64,000 bases of DNA from Octopus sinensis (Eukaryota). This document shows positions 50,301 to 63,744 of this stretch, piece by piece. Every line of letters starts with the position of its first letter. Position 1 is the first letter of the stretch. Location: the NCBI RefSeq assembly GCF_006345805.1, contig NC_043007.1, positions 2,170,001 to 2,234,000 of the forward strand. The letters run 5' to 3'. The position numbers and the translations under genes were made by a program. The notes beneath the pieces were generated by a model. The model was not told where the DNA came from, did no database searches, and was given only the letters and a program-made list of their open reading frames with translations.

Positions 50301-51719
50301 CCCCATTCCCATTTATTACAACCAAGACGGTCAGCTGGCTCAATAGTGACAGGACGGAGAGAGAGTCTATCTCTGCTTGCAACTCCATAGTCACCTGAAA
50401 TAATTAGTGAAAGCATAGTAAGGACAACCAAATCTTTACTCGCTCGAGAGTGACGGCTGGCTTTACTATTTGCTTTTATTTTACTCACCATGTTTCTTGT
50501 CCAAACCTTACCAGGTACTTTTTTGTGTGATCCAATCGAGGGATCCTTTTCAAAACGTTATTGCTTTGAATTTGTCACGTAATTTGATATTCTTTTCCGT
50601 TGTCAGTCTTTTGGGATCCGGCCAAGCCGAAGCAACACCTTCAAGGGTTTTAGGCAAACCTATAAATACCAGTTATCATTCTAGTATTTGCTTTATCGAT
50701 CTCTGTTTACCGAATGGCTACGTAGCCTTTGGGTATAAAAACAACGTAACTCAGCGAACATTGTCATTGGTTTGGATAAACATAGTCAACAACGCACACA
50801 AACACACACATACTCGCACATACACACACTTATACACGTATACAACTTTTCTTCTTTATTTTCATTTCATCCATGGACGATTCTAATAGCCTATTAGTTT
50901 GTTTATGAGAGGTTTCTAGCTTCTTATGTCAACCCTTTAACATTTCCGGAGAAAGAGACCCTGTGAATAGTCTCTAATGACCCTTTTCTCGACGTAACAT
51001 AGTAAATTGCAAGGGAGAGAGAGAGGAAGAGAGGGAGAGAGAAAGAAGGAAAGAATAATCGACTCCAGTCCTTGAACAGTACTTATTGATCGAAGTTGGA
51101 TGAATGGAAAACTTGACCTCGGCAGTATTTGAACTAAAAATAGCTTAAATGCTTGGAACAATTTCCATAAGACATTTTTTCCCGATGTTCGAATAATTCT
51201 GCTGACTGGTTTCCTTATTTAAATAAATTCTAGTGGAACCCGTGAATATTTCACGGAAATAATGGTAAACATATTGGGTTATTTCTGCAAACTTTACCCC
51301 AAAATCCTGAAAGTGTGGCCTGTATTGTGTCTGCATGGAAAGATAGTCGTCCGTCTGTTACTCATTGAAATGTGAAAGAAATTGGAATACGAGGATTACT
51401 TAATGCACTTTATATATACACTTTATACACTTTCTACACAAATTTATAGACTTATACCCAGCACTCATGAAATAAATATGTACTCTTGTTTTTCCCTTTT
51501 TCCCGTAAAAAATTATCCCGTACTCGTGATACAATATTTTGTGAAATTTGAAATTGCATATATCTGACGTGTAAATAATTGGGAATATTTTACGGAATTG
51601 CACTTATGCGCATGCGTAAATGATAGCTGATATAAAAAAATTAGTTCAATTAAAAAAATAGACTTTTCACTATCCAATCGACACCATCATCACAACCATC
51701 ACTGCCAGAACTAGCATCA

Positions 51720-51959
51720 TCATCTCTCTCCCACTATCTCTCCCTACTCTCTCTCCCTCCTCTGTCTCTCCCTCCTCTCTTCTTCCTCTCTCTCCTCCTC
51801 TCGCTCCTCCCCCTCTCCTCCCCGTTCTCCTACCATCTCTCTTCTCCCCCTATCCTTCACCTCTCTCTCCCGTCTCTTTATGCCTTTCTTTAACCTCACC
51901 ATCAGAACATCACCCCTCTGCTAAAATTATAACGTTCTCCCAACATCACTTCATGACCG

Positions 51960-51995
<36 letters not shown>

Positions 51996-52210
51996 TTTTT
52001 CTCTCTTTTTCTTTCTCCCTCTTTCTGTCTCACTCTTCGCCTTATCCTCTTTTCTCTCTTCTTTTTCTTTCCCTTCATCTAATCACGTGAAGCGTTACAA
52101 TTACATTCCCTGTACCTCGTGTCATGGACGCTACTCTCTCCCACTTTTTCTGTCTCTCTCTTTTTCTCTCTCACTTTTTCCTCCCCCCCTTGCCTTTCTC
52201 CCTCTTTTTC
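51720..52210. repeat. ~500-bp polypyrimidine (CT-rich) tract
   Basis: Direct reading. Confidence 0.85.
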
Positions 52211-52279
52211 TCCAATTACGTGAAAGCGTTACCGCGGGCTAAGTAACGCAATGACAATCAGAATTATTATCAGTCTGAT

Positions 52280-52578
52280 TTAAAATTTTGGCCCTAGACC
52301 ACCAATTTCGGGGGAGGCGTTACGGCGATTACATCGATCCAGTGTTCAACTGGTACTTAATTTATTGACCTCGAAAAGGTGAAAGGCAAAGTCGACAGCA
52401 GCATCATTTGAACTCAGAACTTGAAGGCAGAAGAAATGCTGCTAAGCATTTTTGCAGCGCGATAAATATTCTGCCAAATAATCAATATTTGTCTTTAAAT
52501 AAATATTTTTTCTATTTTAAATAAATATTATACGAAAGTACACTCAAGTGCACATGCACACACAGACAGACAGACACA

Positions 52579-52619
<41 letters not shown>

Positions 52620-53224
52620 ACACTCCCTCTCTCTCTCTCTCACACACACATGTGGAGAGAGACGTAGGAGGGAAGAGGTAGAGAGACAGACTTCTGGATA
52701 ATTTCCGTCTATCAAATTTCGATCATAAGTTAGTGACCAACACAACAGAGGACACTTGCCAAGGTGTCAAGTACCAAAATAATGGTATTATCGAACATTG
52801 AACTACATCAGTGGTCTTTGAGATATATAAATTTGGTAAGATTGCTGAAATTCGATGAGAAGGAATCGAGCGCTATTCAGAGTGGACAAAGTATTATTAT
52901 TATTTTCGGGGTCGATAAATTAAGTACCAGTTGCGTACTGAGGTCGATGTAATCGACTTAACCTCTGCCTCCAAATTTCAGGCATTGAGCGTATAATGGA
53001 AAGGATCATTATAATTAAGGCGGTGAGCAAACAGAATCGTTAGCAAGCCGGACCAGATATTTAACGGCATTTCGTCCGTCTTTGCGTTCTCAGTTCAAAT
53101 TCGCCGTAGCCAACTCTGCCTTTCATACTTTCGGGGTCGATAAATTAATGACCAGTTACACACTGGAGTCGACGTAATCGGCTTAATCCCTTCTTCCAAG
53201 CTGTCCTTGTGGCAAAATTTGAAA

Positions 53225-53261
<37 letters not shown>

Positions 53262-53450
53262 CATTATTATTAAGGCAGCGACAGGCAGAATCGTTAGCAA
53301 GCCGGACAAAATGCTTCACGGCATTTCGTCCGTCCTTACGTTCTTCATTCAAATTCCGCTGACATCGACTTAGCGTTTCAATCATTCGAGTCGATAAAAT
53401 AAGTACTATTTGAATACTAGGGTTGATGTAATTTTCATCGAAATTGTAGA
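52280..53450. mobile_element. Cluster of diverged SINE B copies: 52280-52475 (-), 52900-53000, 53020-53220 and 53270-53450 (+)
   Basis: Recurrent ggggtcgataaattaagtaccagtt and cagaatcgttagcaagccggac motifs. Confidence 0.75.
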
Positions 53451-53464
53451 AACAATTATTATAA

Positions 53465-53870
53465 AGGCACATGAGTGACTGTGTGGTACGAAGCTTGCTT
53501 CCCAACCACATGGTTCTGGGTTCAGTCCCACTGTGTGGCATCTTGGGCAAGTGACTTCTACTACAGCCTCGGGCCGACCAAAGCCTTGTAAGTGAATTTG
53601 GTAGGTGGAAACTGAACGAAGCCCGTGGTATATATATATGTGCATGTACATGTATGTATGAGTTTGTGTGTCTGTGTTTTGTCCTCCACCATTGCTTTGA
53701 CAAGTGTTGTTGGTGTGTTTGTCTTCCCGTAACTAGAGGTTCGGCAAAAAAACCGATAGAATAAGTTCTAGGCTTACAAAGAATAAGTCCTGGGGTCGAT
53801 TTGTTAAACTAAAAGCGATGCTCCAGTATGGGCCGCAGTCAAATGACTGAACCAAGTAAAAGAGTAAAAG
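53465..53870 (+). mobile_element. SINE family A, diverged
   Basis: gtgactgtgtggtacgaagcttgc...gcagtcaaatgactgaaccaagtaaaagagtaaaagag. Confidence 0.85.
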
Positions 53871-54079
53871 AGATATTGTTATATCGCAGTACTGCACAGC
53901 GGCTGTGTGAGCTACGAAATCCTCGTCTCCACTGCTATATCGCACGTTCGTATACCTTCTACTCAACTCTCACCGCTACTCTGCTACTCTCTGACGTCTA
54001 GGCTTCTCTCTCTATATCTACGTATTGATCTAGCCTACTTCATCGTCTGGGGGCGTCCACAAAACAGATATGTTCAAAG

Positions 54080-54260
54080 AAGGCGGTGTGCAGCCAGAAT
54101 CGTTAACATGCCGATCAAAACGATTCGTGCCATTTCTTCCCGTTCTACTTTCCGAGTTCAAATTTTGACGAGATCGACTTTATCTTTCATCCTTTCGGAA
54201 ATCGATCAAACAAGTACCGGTCTACATTGGGGTCGATGTTATGGGCTATTTCCCAAAATT
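54080..54260 (+). mobile_element. SINE family B, diverged
   Basis: cagaatcgttaacatgccg...ttccgagttcaaattttgacgagatcgactttatctttcatcctttcgg. Confidence 0.7.
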
Positions 54261-54582
54261 TGAAATTCGTTTTACTTATGCAGTGTTGCTGCACATCAAC
54301 AGATAGATTTTACGCGATCTGTATAATATAATTCAGACCAGCGATTTGAGTCGACTATATGGCACCAATGCACTGAAATAACTTTCTCGTTCTCGTTCAC
54401 ATCCAAGGGATTAGTGTCACCTGACTTTCAAGTGTACAGCTTTTTTTTTAAGTGTCCACGTCTCCGAAGAGGCCTTCCCTAGACAAAACACCGCGACCTA
54501 AAATCGTTTAACAACAAACATAGATTAAATATGTGGAGTTGATAATACTTACATTATAGAGTTGCTTCTCACTGAATTTTAA

Positions 54583-54584
<2 letters not shown>

Positions 54585-54639
<55 letters not shown>

Positions 54640-54695
54640 GTCTGTTTGTCTGTCTGTCTGTTTATCTGACTGTCTGTCTATTTGTCAATCAATCA

Positions 54696-54727
<32 letters not shown>

Positions 54728-54809
54728 GTCTGTCTGTCTGTCTGTCTGTTTATCTGTCTGTCTATCATCTATCCATCTCTTTATCTCTCCCTCACTCCCT
54801 CCATCCATC

Positions 54810-54854
<45 letters not shown>

Positions 54855-54855
54855 C
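54585..54855. repeat. (TCTA)n/(TCTG)n microsatellite
   Basis: Direct reading. Confidence 0.95.
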
Positions 54856-55099
54856 CTTTTGTCTTTTCTCCGATTCCTTACAATTTTAAAATACAGTACT
54901 CTTCTCCACGCTTATAGGATAATGGCCACGAAGAAGTTTCCCTGTCTATTCCTATTTAGGTATGTTAGAGAGAAGTTCTGCCTTGATGTCATCTTTTATC
55001 TTTGGTTTTTATATCAAACATCTTCTACTTATCCTTATTGTGTATCGAAATTTCCTGGCAGTACTTTGACCATTCCCTACATACATATATAAATACCTA

Positions 55100-55238
55100 T
55101 TTTTCTGTGTCCCTTACTGTAGAAGAGCGTAGGCTCGAAACGCAAAATACTTTTTCTATTCCTGAGCGTTATACTAATACATCTGTTTGTTTTGTACACC
55201 ACCTGTCTTCGTCTTTTGTTTTTTTCGTAAGCTCTCCC
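55100..55238 (+). mobile_element. Family D copy with an inactivated HHR-like motif (55113-55148)
   Basis: CUGUAGA-A-GAGC[GUAG]GCUC-GAAAC-GCA; triplet GCA and broken stem I. Confidence 0.7.
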
Positions 55239-56561
55239 TATACATACATACATACCTGTATGTATATATATATACGCATGTATATATATGAATGTATATA
55301 TATGTAATGTATGTATGTATGTAGGTAGATATAAACATACACACACACACATATGTAACAGCTTTTGGCTTTACCCCGTTTTCTTGCCATACAAATTAGC
55401 TTATATCTGCTTCTTTCCAGATATTTTTATAGTCTCATGTATTTTAATTTACTCTTCGATCCATCTCCTTTCTTTCATGTCTGTGAGTGCAATAGATACA
55501 TCTCATCAATATTGGAGAAATAGGTCGCAATTAATTGATAAATTTTATGCCTTCTATTTCCAAGGCTTTCATTTCACTTAAATTCTAATATATTGAATCT
55601 CAAGCTTTTGACTGCCATAACTATTACATATTTATTTATATTATTATTCCTGGCAAGTGTTCAGTATTTTATTTCTTTTATTAAATTGGCTCTTCGGGTG
55701 TACAAGTTTGTAATGTTGTCCCTAATTTTTATATGTTGCAATATATCAATTTATCTTACAAACACTGTTTTTGTTCCAAATTTCTGATTACAGTATATAA
55801 TTATGAACTTAGTATATTGAATTTTAATATATTTTCCTCTTCCGATAACAGCTTTGGCACACTTTTCCAATTCGATACACGGTTTGATATCAATGCTAAA
55901 CCTCCGTGTAGTTTTCAGCAGGTTCCCCAACAGAGATGTGTTTTTTGTTTAGAATCTTACATAATTCATGTTGAAGGTTATATTTATATTTTGTTTGTAG
56001 CATCTGCAATCATTCATGATTTAATTCAATTATTTAATTAAACGATTTTGTTAATGACATCAAAGAGAGTTAGAAAACTGAAGCAGATAAGGAATGTCTC
56101 TCCTCCATCTCTCTCCGAAAATTGGCCAGGTTTTTTATTAACATTAACCATGCAGTGTTATTGATATATATTTTTTAACACGATTGTTATATATTAGTAT
56201 TTAACATTATTGATGTCACGTCTCTAACATCTAGGAAAAGGGAACAAGGTCGAAAGATTTTCAGTAATCAATCCGTGACGTGTTGAAACACTTTTCCTAT
56301 TCTTTAATTTTTTTTTTCTTTTACTGTTGTCTTTCAAAACTGCTCTGTTTACCAGACTCAGTAAATACATCAATGCATATTCTTTTGGCACGCTTTCTGC
56401 TCCTGTGTGGGCAACCAGATTTTTGCTTTTGGAAACTTGATATAGTTTCTTTTCTTCCTAGTCGGGTCTCAATGATAATCGCTGGAGTAAATCAGTAAAT
56501 GCTCTTTCAGAACTCATGACAACTTTACCGATTCCGGAAGCTTTCTTCTCTACAAGTTATG

Positions 56562-56687
56562 ATTGGTCATGCCTCTAATATTATTGGTCATGCCTGTAAT
56601 ATTATTGGTCATGCCTCTAATATTATTGGTCATGCCTCTAATATTATTGGTCGTGCCTGTAATATTATTGGTCATGCCTCTAATATT
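56562..56687. repeat. Minisatellite, 6 x 21 bp (attggtcatgcctStaatatt)
   Basis: Units start at 56562, 56583, 56604, 56625, 56646 and 56667. Confidence 0.95.
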
Positions 56688-57449
56688 ATTTATTGTATTT
56701 TTCGTCTTTTCCATTTATTAGACATCCATAATTCGGATCCCTATAATCCCTGTCTATGATTATGTTTCGTTTTCTATCTTATGTTCCTTTCATTCTTTCA
56801 CTATAATAATCTTTTGTTGATGTCTAGACATAGAATATCTTAATATATTTCAAAGGTATTGCCTCATACAATGGCCGCAGTTCAATAGCTAAAACCACAA
56901 AAAGAAATCAGATTTCTAAATAAAGAAAAAGGCAACAGAAAACTATCCTGAAACCGCATTATAATGATTGAAACCAGTAAAAAATAAGAAACACCCAAAA
57001 CTGAAGTTAATTACTCTGGGACGTCATCAACATAAAAATCACAGTTAAGTGACAACACATATTTAACGATGAGCAACAAATGGGATTAATAGTGTTTTGA
57101 ATAAATACCTAAAATAGTATTAGTTTCAAGGCACGTTTCGGATTGAAAAAATTCACTCGTTTTCTACAATGTTTTTTTTTTCCCCAAATGTCTGTCTAGG
57201 GACATATCTGTTGGTTTAAGATTCTTCCCTTTTTTCAAGACGTCGTAGTATTTACTCGATATTGTAAGTTCTGTGAATTCTCTCAGTTTTCTTTTCCACA
57301 ATATCCGTTGTCCTCTCTATTTCACAGGGCAAACATTGGAGATTTTTCTTGATAATTGATTTTATATTGATATTTTCTGCTCATTCCGTTTAAAAAGTGT
57401 GTTGGGTAAATAGGCATAGGAAGTAATCATTAAGCCCCGATACGGCTCC

Positions 57450-57514
<65 letters not shown>

Positions 57515-57723
57515 CATATTTACATACAGCCATATATAAATATATATATATCGCTGTATGTAAATATGCATGAGTGTATATATATGTATATATATATATA
57601 TGGAACCATACCGGGGCTTATATATATATATTCATACCTCCCTGCTTCCATTTCCTGAGCGCCTATTAATAATAATACTGTAATTGTTCCATTGTTGTTG
57701 TTTTTTTGTTTCCCGTTTGGATT

Positions 57724-57777
<54 letters not shown>

Positions 57778-60422
57778 TATATACATACATACATACACTC
57801 ACACATATATAAATATACGCATATACACATACATAGATACACACACATATATAAATATACACATACACACACGTATATATATATATAATGTGCACATACA
57901 TATTATTGAATAATTCAAGTACACGCTGCAATCAGAATCTTATTGAAAATGACATTTCAATTTACTGCGAGATATTGCTTTTTAACGCCTTTTTATAGTT
58001 CTAGAAATAGTTCCAGAAATATAAAAGTTGACCAAATATTTGCAACGTTGCTTTCTACAAATTATAAGTTGAATCCCAGCACCAACCAAATTACGATGAT
58101 TCCCCTATCCTTATATATTTGTCTGTTATTGCTGAAGAAGCAGAAAGCTGAATAAGAAAGCTGGTTTGACTTACTAACACCAATTGGGCATAACTACACA
58201 AGTGTACCCCCTTCCACGATTTTGCCTCCTCATAGCTTTCAGAAAATGGGAATTTTGAATGAAGTTTTTTGCAAATACCTTTTAGATGACTTAGATTATT
58301 GGAATTTAATGTAAAAATACGGGGAGCAGCATTTTCACCATATCTCAACTTACTTTTCGCCATACATTTTGATCATTTGATTACAATTACTTTTGAGGAC
58401 TATTCCATCCTTTCCCGAAAACTCTCTAAATAAAAAAATGATTATTTTCCTATTTACATTTGATACGTCCAAGGAAGATCGAATGCAAAATGTTGGTCGC
58501 TGAAGTGTGCGTAATGGTGAAGCAACGTCACACTTTTATAAGCATATGCATATATATGATATACATATATATACATATAACACACTTACACACACACAGA
58601 CACACACTCGTACACACACATACGTACATATACAAACACACACACACATACACACACATCAAATATTGTTTAAATTTTCTTAAAATTATTTCACTTCATT
58701 TGTGTCTCTAGCAGAATGAACACAGCACTAATGAAGGATTTTGACTGAGGCCAACAGATTTATCCGTTATATGAATGATAACACTGTTTATAGATAGTGA
58801 TACGTTTAAGCGATTGATGCGAAACACTGGCTTTTCAGTGAGGGAAATAAATTTTTAATGGACACTATGAGTCGAATGAGAGTCAGATTGCCGACTGACG
58901 ACTAGTAATTAATATCCTATTTAATTATAATTACCAAACATATAATAATAACTCTAAAATATAACTTATATAATTATTTTATAATTAAAATAATAATCAT
59001 ATAATTATTTTATGATTAAAAATAATAAAAATATGATGATAACAGCCAACTTTATATCATGTCTATATCCATGAAATATGATTTAAAAACGGCCCAACAA
59101 TTTTATTGAAAGTTCGGGTTGCGATTCTGTGATATAAATTCCTGCAGGAGTGTTTGCATAATGAAATTTCTAGTAAAACTGAAAAATTGAGTTCCATTAA
59201 CACACGGAGTGCGCCGGAAAGACTTTCTTTCTAGTTTCTTATCACTGCCCTGCAGTATTCAGCACAGCACCTATTTACTGCCTCCTGGAGATCAATTACT
59301 GATTGTTGTTGTTGTTTTTGTTAAGCAACAAGACAGGTAAGGGTGATTAGGTGATGGTCTAGGGCTTAGGGGCGGGAGACCCCAGACCTTAGAAAAAAAA
59401 AGAAGCTTTGGTTGTCTTGTTGTAGTCGAGGGCTCTTCGTTGACGCCCGACACCACTGGGAGGTGGCCGTCGAAGTCGCTGGAAATGGAAATCTCCAGGT
59501 CCAAATTCTTGAACGGCATCGATTAGTGATGAACCAAGTGGTACCATGTTGTCTGTAATTATCAGCCAATCGATCCTGCAACGACCGATTGTGATATTCC
59601 TTCCACAACCGATGCGCATGTTGATTTAGTTCATCAAAACTATGAAAAAAGAGATGTTCCGAATATATCGACTTCAAAGCGATCGATTTCTTTAGGTCGA
59701 ATTGCTCTAGATGCGCAATATGAAATTCAGATACAATTTACAATTACAAAATGCAAAAAACTCGCACCGTTGAAATACAGAAGGTAATCTTTGTGTTAGA
59801 ATCACATGAAAAGTTTTCTTCAGCTTGAAGACTCATTACCGTAATTGATAAAGACACAATAACTATTTGTAAAATGTTAATTAATAATTTACTTCAAGTC
59901 TTAGTCTTTCATGAGTCCACGTTCAGTTAGTCTGATGAACACCTAATAAGTTTTGTTATTTAGTCACATAACTCTCTTTGCAATCGATTTAAGACCGTTT
60001 TTTCAAAAAAACATTTCATAAGCATCGTCACTGTTTTTTTATTGTTCTACACGTACAAGTCTTCGTGATTAATATAATCAACTAGGGACAGTGGAAATAT
60101 TAAAACCACGATACAGTCTCTTTTTTTCTTCATCATTTCACATTTTTATTTTCCATGTTCTCTTCTACCCTCATACATTTCTTCTTCCAGTTTCTCTCGT
60201 CCTACTCATTGGCGTCTGCTTCCACCTTTGCAACACATTTCAAACTGTTCCCAACCATTTCTCTCTTCTTCCTCTCTATTTTCTCTTCCTTGAATACTTC
60301 AATTTTAACTTGTGAATATTTAAACTACCTCCTCTCTCTCACCATCTATTTTATTTTACTTCTCTCACTATAGCTTTCTTCCTACTCTCTCTTCTTCGAG
60401 TTAATTTCTGCGAAATATATAA

Positions 60423-61750
60423 CACTAGCAGAGATACCCGGCGTTGCCCGGTTATATGCAATTGAAGAATTAGACTTTTCTGTTATATCTTCTGTAGTGA
60501 ACTGGAATATCTATGTTTCGAATTTCATCAAAATTGCAGATGTGGGTTATTTCCCTCTTTACACACCCTAAAAAATTGTAATCGTGCAACATGTATCCCC
60601 TACTACTGATTTTTAAGCGCATATTCCAAAATTCCAGTCTTATTGAACCTGTTAAAAAGATTTTGCTCCTGACAAATGAAGGTCATGGAGCTCTAAAATG
60701 TGAGAGTTAAGGCCTCAGTTGGGGTTGGGCATCTTAATGTCAACCAGAGAAGTTGAATTGTTGAGAATCTTTTTAACTTGGGTCTTATATCTATTGTTTG
60801 AATTTCTTTGAAATAGGAAATTCACTGGGTTTGTAAAAGAGAGCAAAGCTACAGGAAACCAAAAGACGAATGATCACAATAAGCAGTCAGTTACCCTACC
60901 CTAGTCGTTACCACTCCCAATGTAGGCTTCCTCACCATCCAGGTGACAGGCACAACCGTAAGATGGATTACGAATCTATAGCAATTGGAAGGGCGTGACC
61001 CAACTGAAATCAACATTAACAACTGTGTGACGTGAGGGCTAAGGGAAATTAAAGTGTCATCTCTGGAGCTTGTAAATGACCACTATACTGATACGTAACT
61101 GGACAGAATAAATTTAAAATCTATAAATGTCTTTGAATAACCAGTCACTCATCAATGTTACCATCTGGGGACTATGTGTGACCGAGTAATAATAAAAAGA
61201 CTGGAAGGAGGTCTGCAATCAAATAACTTTACTCAACACTTTGCAACTGAATCAGTGGAGGCAAAGATGCCTCTCATTTACTTAACAATTTATGCACCAC
61301 ATTGCAGAAATCACAATGTAAGTGTATGTCAAAGCAAACTGTTACACTGTTGTACCATTGAATTAGAAATAATGCCCAACTTTTATGCTCGGGTAACCTT
61401 AGAGCTTCCAAGAGCACAACTGCATTCGTCTTTACTTAGATAAAATGACAAATTGTGGGTGTTAAGTCCCCATGGAGGGGTTTTTCTAACTTTGTAAGAA
61501 GATGAAATTTTATAAATATTACTTCATTTGTGTCTAATATCTATGGTTAAAATTTCATCAACAGCAAAAATTTATGAATTGTCATGGGGGTTATGGCACT
61601 TATGCATAGAATATAATTTCCAAATTTCATAAAGATCCATTCAGTACTTTTGATCTAGTTTTGGATCATAAAAGAAATTACTAAAATTTGGGAGTTAAGG
61701 CTCACACACACACGCACAAAGATAAATTGATAGATACAACTGAGTGGGCA
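60423..61750 (+). mobile_element. Probable Helentron/DINE-1-like element(s); right boundary uncertain
   Basis: 5' actagcagagatacccggcgttgcccgg; internal aatttcatcaaaatt and atttcataaagatccattcagtacttttga...ttgggagttaaggctcacacac motifs. Confidence 0.45.
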
Positions 61751-62255
61751 AACAAAAATATGAGACACTGCATAGTGCTTTTTTATATTTTGATAAGCCT
61801 GGTAATTATCCTATCAGTTTCTTCTTGTAAGTTATGGGGATGTAAATAAACGAACACCAGTTGTGAGGCAGTGATGAGGGAGAAACACAAACACATATAC
61901 ATAGACTTACATATATACATACATATACATGCAAGTGATTTCTTTCAGTTTCTGTCTACAAAATCCACTGACAAGGCTTTGTTTGGTCTGAGGCTATAGC
62001 AGAAGACACATGCCAAGTTACCACACAGTGGGACTGAACTGAGGTCCATGTGTTTTGGAACCAAGTTTGTTACCACACAGCCACAACTGCATCTATGTAT
62101 GTGTGTGTGTGGGGTGGATTGGTGTATGTATGTATGCATGTATATATGTGTACATATTACATGTACATCTATATATACATCTATACATACATGTATATCT
62201 ATAGAAATACATGTATACATATACATGTATATATATACATGTATATATATGTATA

Positions 62256-62294
<39 letters not shown>

Positions 62295-62296
<2 letters not shown>

Positions 62297-62708
62297 TCTT
62301 TTACTCTTTTTTTTTACTCTTTTACTTGTTTCAGTCATTTGACTGCGGCCATGCTGGAGCATCACATTTAGTCGAGCAAATCGACCCCAGGACTTATTCT
62401 TTGTAAGCCCAGTACTTATTCTATCGGTCTCTTTTGCCGAACCGCTAAGTTACGGGGACGTAAACACACCAGCATCGGTTGTCAAGCAATGCTAGGGGGA
62501 CAAACACAGACACACAAACATACACACACACATATATATATATACACATACATATATACGACGGGCTTCTTTCAGTTTCCGTCTACCAAATCCACTCAAG
62601 GCTTTGGTTGGCCCGAGGCTATAGTAGAAGACATTTGCCCAAGATGCCATGTGAACCCGGAACCATTCGGTTGGTAAGCAAGCTACTTACCACACAGCCA
62701 CTCCTGCG

Positions 62709-62712
<4 letters not shown>
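62295..62712 (-). mobile_element. SINE family A, full length, flanked by (TA)n
   Basis: Reverse complement colinear with 2559-3010. Confidence 0.9.
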
Positions 62713-62752
<40 letters not shown>

Positions 62753-62801
62753 CATACAATAGAGAGATGCTTTTGTTTCCCTTTTAACACGTAATACTGA
62801 A

Positions 62802-63145
62802 TAGTGGAAAAGATGTGATATTGCTGTGGGCTCGCCCTAGGCAAGAATTTAAACATTTCTTTTGCCCAAGACACTACATGGACCCTAAGTAAGGCATGTG
62901 TAAAATTTGAATGAAATTGGTTGTGTAGTTCTCAAGTTTTAGGAATTTATAGTGGAGAAGATATGATATTGCTATGGGCTCGCCCTAGACAAGCAGCTAA
63001 AACTTTTTTGTCCATGAAACTACATGGACCCTAAGTAAGGCACGTGTAAAATTTGAATGAAATTGGTTGTGTAGTTCTCAAGTTTTAGGGATTCACACAG
63101 ACAGACAGATAGACACACATTCTCAGTTTTATATATATATATAGA
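62802..63145 (+). mobile_element. Helentron/DINE-1-like 3' end containing two ~149-bp tandem units
   Basis: agtggaRaagatRtgatattgctRtgggctcgccctag...gtagttctcaagttttagg at 62802 and 62951; ends cagacagacagatagacacacattctcagttttatatatatatagat. Confidence 0.65.
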
Positions 63146-63744
63146 TTCCCAAACCAATATATCGAAAGGAAATCAATCTGACTCATTCAATTTTTGTTAC
63201 GTCTCATTAGGTTTTCACGCACTGTTTCTGAAGCAGATTGTCATTAAATTTCTAAATGTTGAACAGAATTGTTAACATTTTCTTGCTTACGTTTTCTTTA
63301 TTTTGGTATTCATAATATGATATGATATCAGTCTGCAAGTTAGCCGACGTTTATGATATAAACACAAAAACAAAAAGATATCTTGTCTCGACGTTTATTG
63401 TGGCGGAGCAAAATGTCCAAATATATTTCTAATCGTAGAATATCAATAAAAGTTAAACAAATAAGACTTGCATAACAAATATTAATTCTTAGTGGAAAAA
63501 AAAGATTAACGAATTTATGCTGAAATATATTTTGGAGTTATTCAACTCCAAGTGTGTTTTTGAACAATTATTGTTTTGTATAAGAACATGCTTGAGAACG
63601 AATTATGTTATATCGGTAAATGGCACCGATATTACAGTTGTTGCTGAAATATTTTAACGACTAAGTTTGGAGAGATATGTTTAAATTCATAGAAAGTTTT
63701 AGCAACTACAGAAATTAGAATGAGATATAATGAGAGTTACTTTA

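Noticed and set aside
53877-54060. TGT...ACA-bounded unique segment as a possible solo LTR
   Set aside because: No TSD, no second copy and no clear poly(A) signal.
58091-58363. Protein-like minus ORF with a GTAAGT donor
   Set aside because: No recognisable domain, ambiguous acceptor and no neighbouring exon support.
59389-59619. RQRRALD resembles the TGF-beta furin site RHRR/ALD
   Set aside because: Followed by YNKTTKASFFF and a stop, with no cysteine-knot domain and no good splice donor; codon bias favours a different frame.
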